DNA of 64,000 nt from Acidimicrobiia bacterium (lineage in GTDB: Bacteria > Actinomycetota > Acidimicrobiia > IMCC26256 > JAMXLJ01): the NCBI GenBank assembly GCA_024281095.1, contig JAMXLJ010000093.1, forward strand, positions 14,310-78,309. The letters run 5' to 3'. Both the position numbers and the translations under genes were made by a program. Below, piece after piece: positions 1 to 9,519 of the stretch. The notes below the pieces were generated by a model. It was not told the DNA's origin. It was given only the letters and a program-made list of their open reading frames with translations, and made no database searches. How positions within the stretch are numbered: position 1 is the stretch's first letter; the number at the start of each line of letters is the position of its first letter.

Positions 1-564
1 TCGGGGAAGAGCATCGCCGACGTTGCCCGTGAGCACAACGTCGACCCGCAGACTGTGATCGACGGGCTCGTGAAGGCGGCCACGGACAAGTTGCAGTCGC
101 TCGTGACCGCGGGCAAGGTCGACGCCGACCGGGCCAAGAAGGTCGAGGCGCGGCTCCCGCAGCTCGCGGCCAGGCTCGTGAACGGCAAGCTGCGCAACGC
201 CGGCCGGCCCGGCGTCCGGCGGGCGATCGTGAAGGGATCACTCGACGTCGCGGCCGACACGATCCACATCGACCGCGCCACCCTCGTGCGTGACCTGCGC
301 ACAGGCAAGAGCATCGCCGACGTCGCCCGTGACCACAACGTCGACCCGCAAGCCGTGATCGACGCGCTCGTGAACGCCGCGAAGCAGAAGCTCTCCGATC
401 TCCAGTCGAGCGGGAAGCTCACCGAGCAGCGTGTCCAGCGCATCGAGCAGCGGCTGCCGACGTTGGTCGAGCGCCTGGTGAACCGGAAGTTCGACGGTCG
501 CAACCGTCCGGCGTCCACGGCGTCCACGGCGGCGACGGCACAACCGGCAGACCTCGCGGCCTAG
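1..564 (+). CDS. Hypothetical helical-repeat protein (5' end lies before the window)
   Basis: Frame is open from base 1. Two ~100-aa repeats (GKSIADVAR.HNVDPQ.VID.LV.AA..KL) with a 300-bp DNA period. Confidence 0.75.
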   Translation, partial: SGKSIADVAREHNVDPQTVIDGLVKAATDKLQSLVTAGKVDADRAKKVEARLPQLAARLVNGKLRNAGRPGVRRAIVKGSLDVAADTIHIDRATLVRDLRTGKSIADVARDHNVDPQAVIDALVNAAKQKLSDLQSSGKLTEQRVQRIEQRLPTLVERLVNRKFDGRNRPASTASTAATAQPADLAA

Positions 565-590
565 TTCCCACGATCTGCACCCCGCACCGC

Positions 591-623
591 ACGAGCGGCC
601 GGCGCCCCCCGCCGGCCGCTCGT
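591..623. terminator. GC-rich hairpin between convergent genes
   Basis: ACGAGCGGCCGGCG-CCCCC-CGCCGGCCGCTCGT forms a perfect 14-bp stem. Confidence 0.6.
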
Positions 624-628
624 CTCGT

Positions 629-2215
629 TCAACACCAGGCGTCGTCGGGAACGCCCTCGCAGACCTCGGGCATGGAGCGCTGCCTCGTCATCGGCCGCAA
701 GACCACGCTCGTGGCACGCGGGTAGTGCTTGCCGGGCGCGTCGGGACACGGGCCGAACACCTCGGTGTCGCAGATCACCTGCGCGGTCAGCTCGCTGCCC
801 AGATCGGCGCCCTGGTTCGCCACGCCGCACACCCCGTGGGTCGCCTGCAGGTCGCCGGGTGCACCCGTGAAGCCGGTCGGGTCGAGGTTGCCGTGCCAGC
901 AGTTGCCCGGATCGTGCAAGCCGCTGATATCGCCACCGTCGCCGTTCGTCGGATTGCCGAAGAACCCGTTGCCGCGGAACCGGTTGGCGGAGACCTCGTT
1001 GCCCCAGTCGTCGTAGTAGCAGAGACCCGGTTGCTGCTGGCCGCCCTCGCAATGTGCCACCGGCGGTGGCGTACCGCTGTCGGGGAACGGCACGAGCAGG
1101 ACTCCCCACGCGCCGTTCCGGTCGAAACGGTTCTGCGTGATGGTGTCGAACCGTCCGCCCGCGACCACGATCCCCGTGCCGACCGGACCGAGCCCCGCGG
1201 TGCCGGACTGGGGCACGTTCGGGTTGTTGTTGTCGTGGATCCAGTTGTTCCGGAAGAAGGTGCACGACCGACCGGGCGAGCCCGGGCACGCGCCGCTCTG
1301 CGGCGACGGTGCGTCGTCGTTGTTCTGACTGTTCGTCGAGATGCCGGTCTTGTTGTGGTCCCATTCGGAGCGCTCGATGACGAGGTGCCCGCCGGCGTTC
1401 GTGCCCGAATACCCGAGTGCGGAGTTCTGCGCGTGCGCGTCGGTGACGAGGGTGTTGCAGTCCGGACACGCGCCGACGTAGTAGCTGGAGTCGGCCATGT
1501 TGCTCGCGTAGGTGTGCGCCAACACACCCGGGCCGTGGGAGTTGCTGGCGAAGATCCCGTACTCGGCGCGCGGCGACTTCGACGTGTCGAAGTACGTGCT
1601 CGTGGCCGAGAGATACGCGCCACGGAACGCACCGATGTGCGTCTGACCCGAACCGTCTCCCCCGTTGAACCAGATCTGGTTGCCGCCGCCCTTCGCGCCG
1701 TCGAGGAAGTTGCACACGGTCAGGTTCTCGACCGTCACGCCGTCCACCTCGAACACCTCGATGCCGTTGCGTCCTGCGCCCCGACCGGAACCGTCGGCTG
1801 GGCCGAAGTCCTGCGCCGCGGGTGCGGGGTCGCATTGCTTCGATCCCGGCTTCGTGCCGTCGACGACGACGCGGTTGCGGTCGAGGCCGCGCAGGTGGAT
1901 GCCCGGCGTGCGGATCAACACACCCGCTCCCGCCTTGTCGGCGGATACTTGGTGACCGGTGTAATCGGCGCGCTCGTGGTAGTCGCCGGGAGCGATGAGG
2001 ATCCAGTCGCCCGGGCGGGCGGCGTCGACCGCGTCCTGAATGGTGTCGAAGCCACCACGACGTCCGCGCCATTCGCCGACGCGCAGCACGCGTCCACCGC
2101 GGCGGTGCTCGCCGGCCGGCCGGCTCGCGCCGGCCGCGACCGCGCTCACCCCGATCAGGGTCGCGACGGTCATGGCCAACACCGCCGTGGCCGTGGGCGT
2201 CCGCAGGCTTCTCAT
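629..2215 (-). CDS. Secreted right-handed parallel beta-helix (pectin-lyase fold) protein
   Basis: Signal peptide, TIQDAVDAARPGDWILIAPGDYHE N-cap motif, Asn/Gly-rich PbH1-like repeats, paired cysteines. Confidence 0.75.
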   Translation of the reverse strand: MRSLRTPTATAVLAMTVATLIGVSAVAAGASRPAGEHRRGGRVLRVGEWRGRRGGFDTIQDAVDAARPGDWILIAPGDYHERADYTGHQVSADKAGAGVLIRTPGIHLRGLDRNRVVVDGTKPGSKQCDPAPAAQDFGPADGSGRGAGRNGIEVFEVDGVTVENLTVCNFLDGAKGGGNQIWFNGGDGSGQTHIGAFRGAYLSATSTYFDTSKSPRAEYGIFASNSHGPGVLAHTYASNMADSSYYVGACPDCNTLVTDAHAQNSALGYSGTNAGGHLVIERSEWDHNKTGISTNSQNNDDAPSPQSGACPGSPGRSCTFFRNNWIHDNNNPNVPQSGTAGLGPVGTGIVVAGGRFDTITQNRFDRNGAWGVLLVPFPDSGTPPPVAHCEGGQQQPGLCYYDDWGNEVSANRFRGNGFFGNPTNGDGGDISGLHDPGNCWHGNLDPTGFTGAPGDLQATHGVCGVANQGADLGSELTAQVICDTEVFGPCPDAPGKHYPRATSVVLRPMTRQRSMPEVCEGVPDDAWC

Positions 2216-2246
2216 TCCGGCCCTCCCCGTTGGGACGTGCGGGAGC

Positions 2247-3629
2247 CTACGCCGGCGTCACCGCCCACGCCGGAGGTATCGGACCACCCGGGCGGCCGGC
2301 CGTGCACGCAGACGCACCGCCTGTCGCCGAGAGTCCCGGTGCCGGGAGGACCGGCGGCTCGAGAAAGGGCGGCCGGCGTGCGTCGAGGTCCAGCGCGTCG
2401 AGCAGGTTGTCGGCGTTCGCGTCGCGATACGTCAGTGCGGGCAGGTTCCACTTCGTTTCGACGAGTTTGAGGATCGACGTGTGGTCGTGCACCACGTGCG
2501 AGACGTAGTGGCGTCGCGAGTATGGCGACACGATCACTGCAGGAACCCGGAACCCGTACTGGTCGTATCCGCCGGGGATGTCGGGCGGCACGTGGATGGC
2601 GGGCGGGATGGAATCGGGCGCGATCGCACGAGGCGGAACCACATGGTCGTAGTAGCCGCCGTGCTCGTCGTAGCACCAGATCAGGAGGGTCCTCGGCCAC
2701 GCGGGGCTCTCGAGCACCGCGCGCACGACCTTCGCGACGAACGCCTCGCCGATGCGGATGTCCTGCGGGTTCTCCTCGCTGCCGTCGGCGTTGAACGGTG
2801 GGTCCACCAGCGAGAAGAAGGGCAGCGTGCCGGCCTTCGCGTCCGCGTAGAACCGTTCGATGGTCGACAGATGAGACGAGTACTTCTGGAACGTCGTCAG
2901 CAGGATGAGGAGTTGCGCGACGTCCGACGCGTAATCGCGCCATGTGATGCCGTGCGCGTCGAGACGGTCGAAGATTGTTCCGTTCGGCGGCGGCGGCGCC
3001 ACCAATGCGTCGCTGGTGGTGCTGACGATGCCCGCCGCGGTCGCCGCGAAGAGAAAGCGCCGGTTCGGGTAGGTCTGCGCGAGGCACGACGCGAACCAGC
3101 GGTCGCACACGGGGAACTGACGGGCAAGGCCGTAATAGAACGGGATGTCGTCCGCGGTCCAGTAGCCCATGGCCACGGGGCCGCACGCCCGCACGAACCC
3201 GTCGTTGTCGCCGTCGCCGAGTGAGATGTGGCTCGCGTTCCACGCCTGGCTCGGCACGCGGTCGAGCTGGCACGTCGACGGCATGTGGAACGCGTGCACC
3301 ACATCGCCCGTGCCGTCGGGAAGCGCGACGCGCGGACGGCCGTCGTGACCGAGCCGGAACCCGTCGCCACGGCGCAGCATCCCGAGGTAGTTGTCGTACG
3401 AGTGGTTCTCCATCATCACGACGACGATGTGCTCGATCTGCGGAAGCGTGTCGACGCCTTCGGGCAATCTTGGATACGGACGGGAACCTGGTGGCCGTAC
3501 GCCGTGGCCGTGCCTCGCGCCGTCACCGGCATCGAGCCCGTCGAGCGCACGGCCGCCGAACGCGAGCCCCGCGCCGAGTGCGGCACCGCCGCGCAGGAAC
3601 ATCCGTCGCGAAACCGGTTCCCTGGCCAT
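2247..3629 (-). CDS. Tat-exported phosphoesterase / phospholipase C family protein
   Basis: SRRMFLRGG twin-arginine signal; HIVVVMMENHSYDNY, TYPNR, YDEHGGYYDH, GFRVP and DHTSILK motifs. Confidence 0.85.
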   Translation of the reverse strand: MAREPVSRRMFLRGGAALGAGLAFGGRALDGLDAGDGARHGHGVRPPGSRPYPRLPEGVDTLPQIEHIVVVMMENHSYDNYLGMLRRGDGFRLGHDGRPRVALPDGTGDVVHAFHMPSTCQLDRVPSQAWNASHISLGDGDNDGFVRACGPVAMGYWTADDIPFYYGLARQFPVCDRWFASCLAQTYPNRRFLFAATAAGIVSTTSDALVAPPPPNGTIFDRLDAHGITWRDYASDVAQLLILLTTFQKYSSHLSTIERFYADAKAGTLPFFSLVDPPFNADGSEENPQDIRIGEAFVAKVVRAVLESPAWPRTLLIWCYDEHGGYYDHVVPPRAIAPDSIPPAIHVPPDIPGGYDQYGFRVPAVIVSPYSRRHYVSHVVHDHTSILKLVETKWNLPALTYRDANADNLLDALDLDARRPPFLEPPVLPAPGLSATGGASACTAGRPGGPIPPAWAVTPA

Positions 3630-3738
3630 CCTGCCCCTCCCCTCGCAGGCCACGATTGTGCCCCGCGCGAGTCATGCGGGGGAATGGAGCGGCGCCGACC
3701 GCGTCTCGACCCCGGCCGGTGTCTCGGCCCGGCCGGTG

Positions 3739-4980
3739 TCAGCGCAGCGTCGAGCCGGCACTCGGTGCGGCGGAGTGGTCCATCGCGCTGCCGGCGAGCC
3801 AGTAGCCCCACGGCATGTTCCAGTCCATCATCGCGATGTCACCGAGCTCCGGCGCCCGGCCGGTGTTGACGACGTTCACGACGTCGCCCCGCTGCGTGAA
3901 GTTGAAGAACCAGGTCGCGCTGTCGGGACTGAGGTTCACGCAGCCGTGCGACACGTTCGTGCGACCCTGCTGACCGACCGACCACGGGGCGGCGTGCACG
4001 TACTCGCCGCCGATGCTGATCTGGACGTCCCAGAACACCGTCTCGTAGTACCCGTCGGGTGAGTTGCGCGGGATGCCGTTCGTCGCGGAATCCATGACGA
4101 CGCTCTGCTGCTTGCCGAGCACGAGATGCGAACCGTTCATCGTCGGATACTTCTCGCGGCCGAGGCTCGCGGGGAACACGTTGACGACGCGGCCGTTGCT
4201 CGTGACGGTGAGGGTGTGGGTATTGGCGTCGGCGGTCGAGATGTGCGCGTCGCCGATCGTGAAAGTCGTGCTGTGCTGTTCGGTTCCCCAGACCCCGTTC
4301 CCGGCATCGACACCCGCGAGATCCGCGATCACCTGGACCTTCGTGTTGGGCGGCCAGTACTGCTGCGGCCGGAAGTGGACTTCCTTGTCGGAGAACCAGT
4401 GCCACGCGCCGGTCAGCGGACGTGAGGTCTCCACCTTGAGGCGCTGTTCGACGGCGCGCTTGTTGGTCACCGGCTGCCGGAACTTCAGGATCACCGGCTG
4501 CCCCACGCCCACGACGTCGCCGTCGCCCGGCGTCATCTCCCACGAGAGGTGGGCCTTCGGTGCCGCGGTCGCGAACGTCGACAACGCGGTTTGCGCGTGG
4601 CCGCGGGAGTCGACGAGGTGCACACCCATCCCGTAGTGCGACGCGGGCACGAGCGCGTTCACCTCGGCGTACCACAGCGACCCGTCGGCGACGACGCTTC
4701 CGGGCACGGGGTTGCCCTGTCCGTCGCGGAACTCGACGTCGACAATCCGGCCGTTCGTGACGACGACCTGCACCCGCTGGTCGAGCGGGACGTTCGTCGC
4801 GTTGTCCGCGGGTTGCACGGTGACCTGGGCCGCGGCCACGGCGCGGGTGGACTCGCGCTCCGGCCCGTGGTCGGCGGAGCTCGAGGAGGGCGCGAGCTGC
4901 CATCCCGCCACGCCGACACCGGCCGCGACGAGCAACGACAGCATGGCGATTCCGCCTCGACGTACCTGGCGCTTCGTCAT
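3739..4980 (-). CDS. L,D-transpeptidase with Ig-like domains
   Basis: YVHAAPWSVGQQGRTNVSHGCVN catalytic motif; N-terminal TM anchor; GAWHW..DKEVHFRP..YWP Ig-like segment. Start approximate. Confidence 0.9.
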   Translation of the reverse strand: MTKRQVRRGGIAMLSLLVAAGVGVAGWQLAPSSSSADHGPERESTRAVAAAQVTVQPADNATNVPLDQRVQVVVTNGRIVDVEFRDGQGNPVPGSVVADGSLWYAEVNALVPASHYGMGVHLVDSRGHAQTALSTFATAAPKAHLSWEMTPGDGDVVGVGQPVILKFRQPVTNKRAVEQRLKVETSRPLTGAWHWFSDKEVHFRPQQYWPPNTKVQVIADLAGVDAGNGVWGTEQHSTTFTIGDAHISTADANTHTLTVTSNGRVVNVFPASLGREKYPTMNGSHLVLGKQQSVVMDSATNGIPRNSPDGYYETVFWDVQISIGGEYVHAAPWSVGQQGRTNVSHGCVNLSPDSATWFFNFTQRGDVVNVVNTGRAPELGDIAMMDWNMPWGYWLAGSAMDHSAAPSAGSTLR

Positions 4981-5192
4981 GGGCTCGGGGGAGTTCGGCC
5001 GGCGGGGGAACGGAGCATCATGCGCTGTCCGAACGCCCACCGGCAAGTTGGAACGATCCGTTCACCCTAGGACACCACGCAAGGGGGTCCGAACACGCGA
5101 GCCCGGCGCCTTCCGCAACGGAGGCCCGCACCGATCGGGCGAGGACGCGAGTACGGTCCGGGCGGCAGGAAGCAACTGGTAAGAGGGGTTCG

Positions 5193-6101
5193 ATGGACAG
5201 GCTGCGCACACCAGACGAGCGATTTGACACGCTTCCCGGATACCCGTTCCCGCCGAAGTACACCGAGGTCCCGAGCGGCGACGGAGACGAACCGCTCCGC
5301 GTGCACTACATCGACGAGGGACCCTCCGGCGGTCCGGCGGTCCTGCTCCTCCATGGCGAGCCGTCCTGGTCGTACCTGTATCGACGCATGGTGCCGGTGC
5401 TGGTACACGCGGGACTGCGCACCATCGCGATCGACCTCGTCGGCTTCGGACGATCCGACAAGCCCGCGCACCGCGGCGACTACACGTACCAGCGCCACGT
5501 CGACTGGATCCGTGCCGCGGTCGAGGCCATCGGCGCGCGTGACCTCACGTTCGTCGGCCAGGACTGGGGTGGCCTCATCGGGCTGCGGATCGTCGCGGAG
5601 GATCCCGACCGTTTCGCGCGCGTCGTCGCGGCGAACACGTTCCTCCCGACGGGTGACCGCCACCCCGGAGACGCGTTCCTCGCGTGGCAGCGGTACTCGC
5701 AGGAGACGCCGGAGTTCGACGTCGGCGGCATTGTCAACGGCGGCTGCCTCACCGCGCTTTCCCAAGCGGTGATCGACGCGTACGACGCGCCATTTCCCGA
5801 TGATCGCTACAAAGAAGGCGCCCGCCAGTTCCCGATGCTCGTACCGACATCGCCCGATGATCCTGCCGCGGAAGCAAACCGCGCCGCGTGGAAGGTGTTC
5901 GAGCGGTGGGACAAGCCGTTCCTCTGTGCGTTCAGCGACTCCGACCCGATCACCCGCGGAGCCGAGAAGGTGTTCCAGTCCGTGGTTCCCGGGGCACGCG
6001 GACGCGAGCACCCCACGATCGTCGGAGCCGGCCACTTCTTGCAGGAGGACAAGGGCGAGGATCTCGCGGCCGTCGTCGCCGAGTTCGTTCGCACCACCTG
6101 A
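5193..6101 (+). CDS. Haloalkane dehalogenase (alpha/beta hydrolase)
   Basis: LRTPDERF N-terminus, HGEPSWSYLYR, GQDWGG nucleophile Asp, GAGHFLQED. Confidence 0.9.
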   Translation: MDRLRTPDERFDTLPGYPFPPKYTEVPSGDGDEPLRVHYIDEGPSGGPAVLLLHGEPSWSYLYRRMVPVLVHAGLRTIAIDLVGFGRSDKPAHRGDYTYQRHVDWIRAAVEAIGARDLTFVGQDWGGLIGLRIVAEDPDRFARVVAANTFLPTGDRHPGDAFLAWQRYSQETPEFDVGGIVNGGCLTALSQAVIDAYDAPFPDDRYKEGARQFPMLVPTSPDDPAAEANRAAWKVFERWDKPFLCAFSDSDPITRGAEKVFQSVVPGARGREHPTIVGAGHFLQEDKGEDLAAVVAEFVRTT

Positions 6102-6166
6102 CTCCCTCGAGTCGGGACGATCTTCCGGCGTAGGACCGCGAATGGTCCCGACTGATCGGAGGGTGG

Positions 6167-7258
6167 CTAACCCGTGTGCTCGAGTTGCATGCGCTCGTAC
6201 TCGGCGCCGGTGTCTTCCCAGTCCTCGAACTGGAGCACGCCGAGTTCGCCGAAGCGCTGGCGCAGCCACCCGTCGCCCGCGTCGAGCAAGCCCAGCTTCT
6301 TGAGGTTCGGAACGATCTTCGAGAACAGCAACTTGCGGAACTCAAGCTGCATCTCACTGTGCAGCATCACGTCGCAGCATTCCCGCACGGGCAGGCCGGC
6401 CCACTCCCAAACTTCTTGGGTGAGGAACCGGTCGCGCATCTTCACCGCGGCCTCGTAGCAGAACTCCTGGCGCTCGCGGATCTCGGATCCGCTCAGCTCG
6501 CGATACGCCTCCTGGAGTGAGAGCACGCCGAACGCGACATGGCGGGCCTCGTCGGCCATGACGTACCGCGTGATCTGCTTCAGCAGGGGATCGGGCGAGG
6601 TCTGGTACTGGAAGCCGAACGCCGCGAGCGCGAGACCCTCGATCATGATCTGCATGCCGAGGTAGGTCATGTCCCAACGCGGGTCGGACACGACGTCGTC
6701 GAGCAGGGCCCGCAGATGGAGATTGATCGGGAACTCGTGCGCGAGCTTCGTCTTCAGATAGCGGGAGTAGACCTCGACGTGGCGGGCTTCGTCCATCACC
6801 TGCGTCGCCGCGTAGTACTTGGCGTCGATCCACGGCACCTGCTCGACGATCTTCGCGGTGCAGATGAGCGCGCCCTGCTCGCCGTGCATGAACTGCGACA
6901 AGGTCCAGGCCTGGCTCGCGGCGCCCAGGTCGTACCACTCGTCGTCGGTGAGCTTCTCGAACGGCGTGCCCACCCGGTCGATCGCCATCGTCGTGTTCAA
7001 CGGGTTGTTCGGATCACGTGCGATCTTCCACGGGTCCACGTCGATGTCCCAGTCGATGTCGGACGAGACGTTCCACATCGACGTCTTGGCCTTCTCGTAG
7101 AGCTTCACGAGCGCGGGCCGGCTCTGGTCGTAGTCCCAGGTGAACAACGCGTCTCCGGCGGAGCGCACGGCATGGATCGCCTGGCGCTTGTCGGCGTCGG
7201 AGATCGTCTCCGCCAACTCGTCGAGCGTTCCCGATTGCACCTCGTCGCCTGCGTCCAT
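6167..7258 (-). CDS. Ferritin-like diiron-carboxylate protein (AurF-like oxygenase superfamily)
   Basis: Two DEARH (ExxH) motifs plus HGEQGAL and IEGLALAAF; GGAGGAG RBS. Confidence 0.8.
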   Translation of the reverse strand: MDAGDEVQSGTLDELAETISDADKRQAIHAVRSAGDALFTWDYDQSRPALVKLYEKAKTSMWNVSSDIDWDIDVDPWKIARDPNNPLNTTMAIDRVGTPFEKLTDDEWYDLGAASQAWTLSQFMHGEQGALICTAKIVEQVPWIDAKYYAATQVMDEARHVEVYSRYLKTKLAHEFPINLHLRALLDDVVSDPRWDMTYLGMQIMIEGLALAAFGFQYQTSPDPLLKQITRYVMADEARHVAFGVLSLQEAYRELSGSEIRERQEFCYEAAVKMRDRFLTQEVWEWAGLPVRECCDVMLHSEMQLEFRKLLFSKIVPNLKKLGLLDAGDGWLRQRFGELGVLQFEDWEDTGAEYERMQLEHTG

Positions 7259-7327
7259 GACCGCTCCTCCCAAGCTCACCCTGCAGCCATCGTACGACCG
7301 CCGCCGTCCGGCGCGCGTGTCGTGGGC

Positions 7328-8347
7328 TCAGGCGGGCATGTAGGGGAACGTGGTCAGCATGGTGGCACCGGACTCCGTGACGAGGAACGTGTCCTCGCCG
7401 GCGACGCCCTCGTGACCGAAGCGCGCCGCGAGGACCATCCCGGGCTCGAGGACCTGGTCGTCGTCGAGCAGCTCGTCACCGGTTCCGACGCCGCGGACGG
7501 CGGAGTGTTGCGTACGGAGCTCGGCGACAGTCGTGCCGGGACGCAGCTGTTCGAGGAGCGGGTTGCGCAAGGCACGCCACTCCACGACCGCAGCTCGATG
7601 CGCCTTTGTCGGTTTGCCGCAGGGCCACGTCCGCGCCAGCCGGCCGACCCATCCGTGAGACAGCACACCGACGGAAGCGACGACGAGGTCGCCGTCGCGC
7701 ACCACACGCTCCGTTGCGAAGTTGCCGGCCACGTCGTCGTCGACGACGTGGAACACCGCGTCGAACTCGGGCGTCGTCACACCCAGGCCTCCGGTGGCCT
7801 CCACATAGGCGCCGACGAGATCACGTTCCCGCACGCCGGGAACGAGGGCGCTCAACGCGACGCGCAACGCCTCCTCGGCCACACCGATCGCAGCCCGGAT
7901 CGCACCGACGTCGGCCGCGCTCTTCACCCGGCGCACCGACGCGAGCAGGTCTTCGCCGTCGACGAGCACCGCCTCGGGAAGCAGGCCGCGCAACAACTGC
8001 GCGAACAAGGGCGTCATGCCGTCGACTCCGACCCGGCGCGCGTCGGCGACGCCGGGGATCGCGGCGAGCGCGCCCGCGATGGTCGCCGGGTTCCAGCTCA
8101 TCGGGAACAGCTGTTCACGCGACAAGGGGACGAGGTCGTCAGTCGTGCTGAGGAGATGCACGGTCGCGCGGTCGCGCACGACGACGCAGCCGGGACCGAA
8201 CGGGCGCGTTCCCGCGAGCCAGAGGCGGGTCGCCCCGCTGAGGTAGCGCGCGTTGGCCTCCCGGCCCAATACGAGCACGTCCACATCACGCCGCTTCATC
8301 TCGTCGAGGCATCGCTGCAGGTGCTCGGGATCGAACGCCGGCATCAC
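7328..8347 (-). CDS. M24 peptidase/creatinase-fold protein, metal ligands degenerate
   Basis: Creatinase N-domain (NARYLSG), RRVKS, LARTW, LEPGMV; canonical Asp/Asp/His ligands are missing. Confidence 0.75.
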   Translation of the reverse strand: MMPAFDPEHLQRCLDEMKRRDVDVLVLGREANARYLSGATRLWLAGTRPFGPGCVVVRDRATVHLLSTTDDLVPLSREQLFPMSWNPATIAGALAAIPGVADARRVGVDGMTPLFAQLLRGLLPEAVLVDGEDLLASVRRVKSAADVGAIRAAIGVAEEALRVALSALVPGVRERDLVGAYVEATGGLGVTTPEFDAVFHVVDDDVAGNFATERVVRDGDLVVASVGVLSHGWVGRLARTWPCGKPTKAHRAAVVEWRALRNPLLEQLRPGTTVAELRTQHSAVRGVGTGDELLDDDQVLEPGMVLAARFGHEGVAGEDTFLVTESGATMLTTFPYMPA

Positions 8348-9519
8348 GTGAACGGCCAGTAGTGATGACGGGTGAGGAACTCACAGCCGTCGTCGGTCAC
8401 AACGACGATCTCTTCCGCGCGGTAGCCGCCGTAGCCGTCTTCCCACGCGATCGGCTCCAGCACGACGATCATCCCCGGCGCGAGCGTCAGCGACGCGTCG
8501 AACGCGGGGCCGAGATCGGTGCCGACCAGTGGCATCTCGGCGCTGTCGGTGCCGATGCCGTGCCCGAGGTAGAGGTGCGACGGCCACGGTCGTCGCCCGT
8601 AGACCTCGCCCGCGCTCTGAACCAAGTCCGCCGCGGTCGCGCCGGGCCGTATCGACGCCGCGACGCGGTCGATGACCTCGCGCCATCGCTCGAACTGCGC
8701 CCGCTGACGGGCGTCGGGCTCGTTGCCGACGATCCACGTGCGCCCGAAGTCGGACGCGTATCCGTGGAAGTTGATGCCGGTGTCCACCCAGATCACGTGG
8801 CCCTGCTCGAAGCGCTGGTCCCGGGTGACCGTCGGGAAGACGAGGTCGCCCGTGAGGGTGAACGGACCGGCGTCGATCGACGCCGGCATCAGCTGGAAGA
8901 TCGGGTCCACCGTGTTCGCAGTCGCGCCGAGCTCGTAGATCCGCCGCAGGAATCGGCCGCTGAGCTCCGTCGCCCGCACGCCCGGTACGAGGAGCGACTC
9001 CACGTCGAGCATCGCCTGCTCGTTGATGCGTTCCGCGGCCCGGATGAGCTCCACCTCGTCGGGCGTCTTGACGACCTTCGCCGCACCCAGCGCCGGCGTC
9101 GCGTCCTTCGGCTCGCGGCCGGCGAGGACCCGGTAGAGCGCGAACGTGTACTCGTCGATCCCGACGTTGCGGGCGGGCAGGCCCGCCGCGAGTGCTCCCG
9201 CTCCTGCGTCGCGCTCGACCGGCAACGCGTCGTGCACATGATCGGCGGGAAGTTCCGGCGGCACGCCGTCGGCGAAGGCGGTGTAGAGATGTGGCCACTC
9301 GTCGTCGGCGTGCACGACCGCGACCATCCGCTGGTGCGCCGCGAGCGACGCGTCGGCTGCCGGTGCGCGAGCACCGGTCGCGTAGACGACATTCGACTGC
9401 CCGATGAGCGCCAGCGCGTCCAGCTCGTTGGCCCGCATCGCGTCCCGCAGCTTGGCGAGACGCTCGCGACGGAGCCGGGTGAAGTCGACGGCCGGCGCGT
9501 CCAGGGTCGTGGCGGTCAC
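8344..9519 (-). CDS. Xaa-Pro peptidase family (M24) metallopeptidase
   Basis: WVDTG..GYASDFGRTW, GHGIG, VLEP and YRAEE give the full D-D-H-E-E set; GTG start overlaps the upstream TGA. Confidence 0.85.
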   Translation of the reverse strand: MTATTLDAPAVDFTRLRRERLAKLRDAMRANELDALALIGQSNVVYATGARAPAADASLAAHQRMVAVVHADDEWPHLYTAFADGVPPELPADHVHDALPVERDAGAGALAAGLPARNVGIDEYTFALYRVLAGREPKDATPALGAAKVVKTPDEVELIRAAERINEQAMLDVESLLVPGVRATELSGRFLRRIYELGATANTVDPIFQLMPASIDAGPFTLTGDLVFPTVTRDQRFEQGHVIWVDTGINFHGYASDFGRTWIVGNEPDARQRAQFERWREVIDRVAASIRPGATAADLVQSAGEVYGRRPWPSHLYLGHGIGTDSAEMPLVGTDLGPAFDASLTLAPGMIVVLEPIAWEDGYGGYRAEEIVVVTDDGCEFLTRHHYWPFT

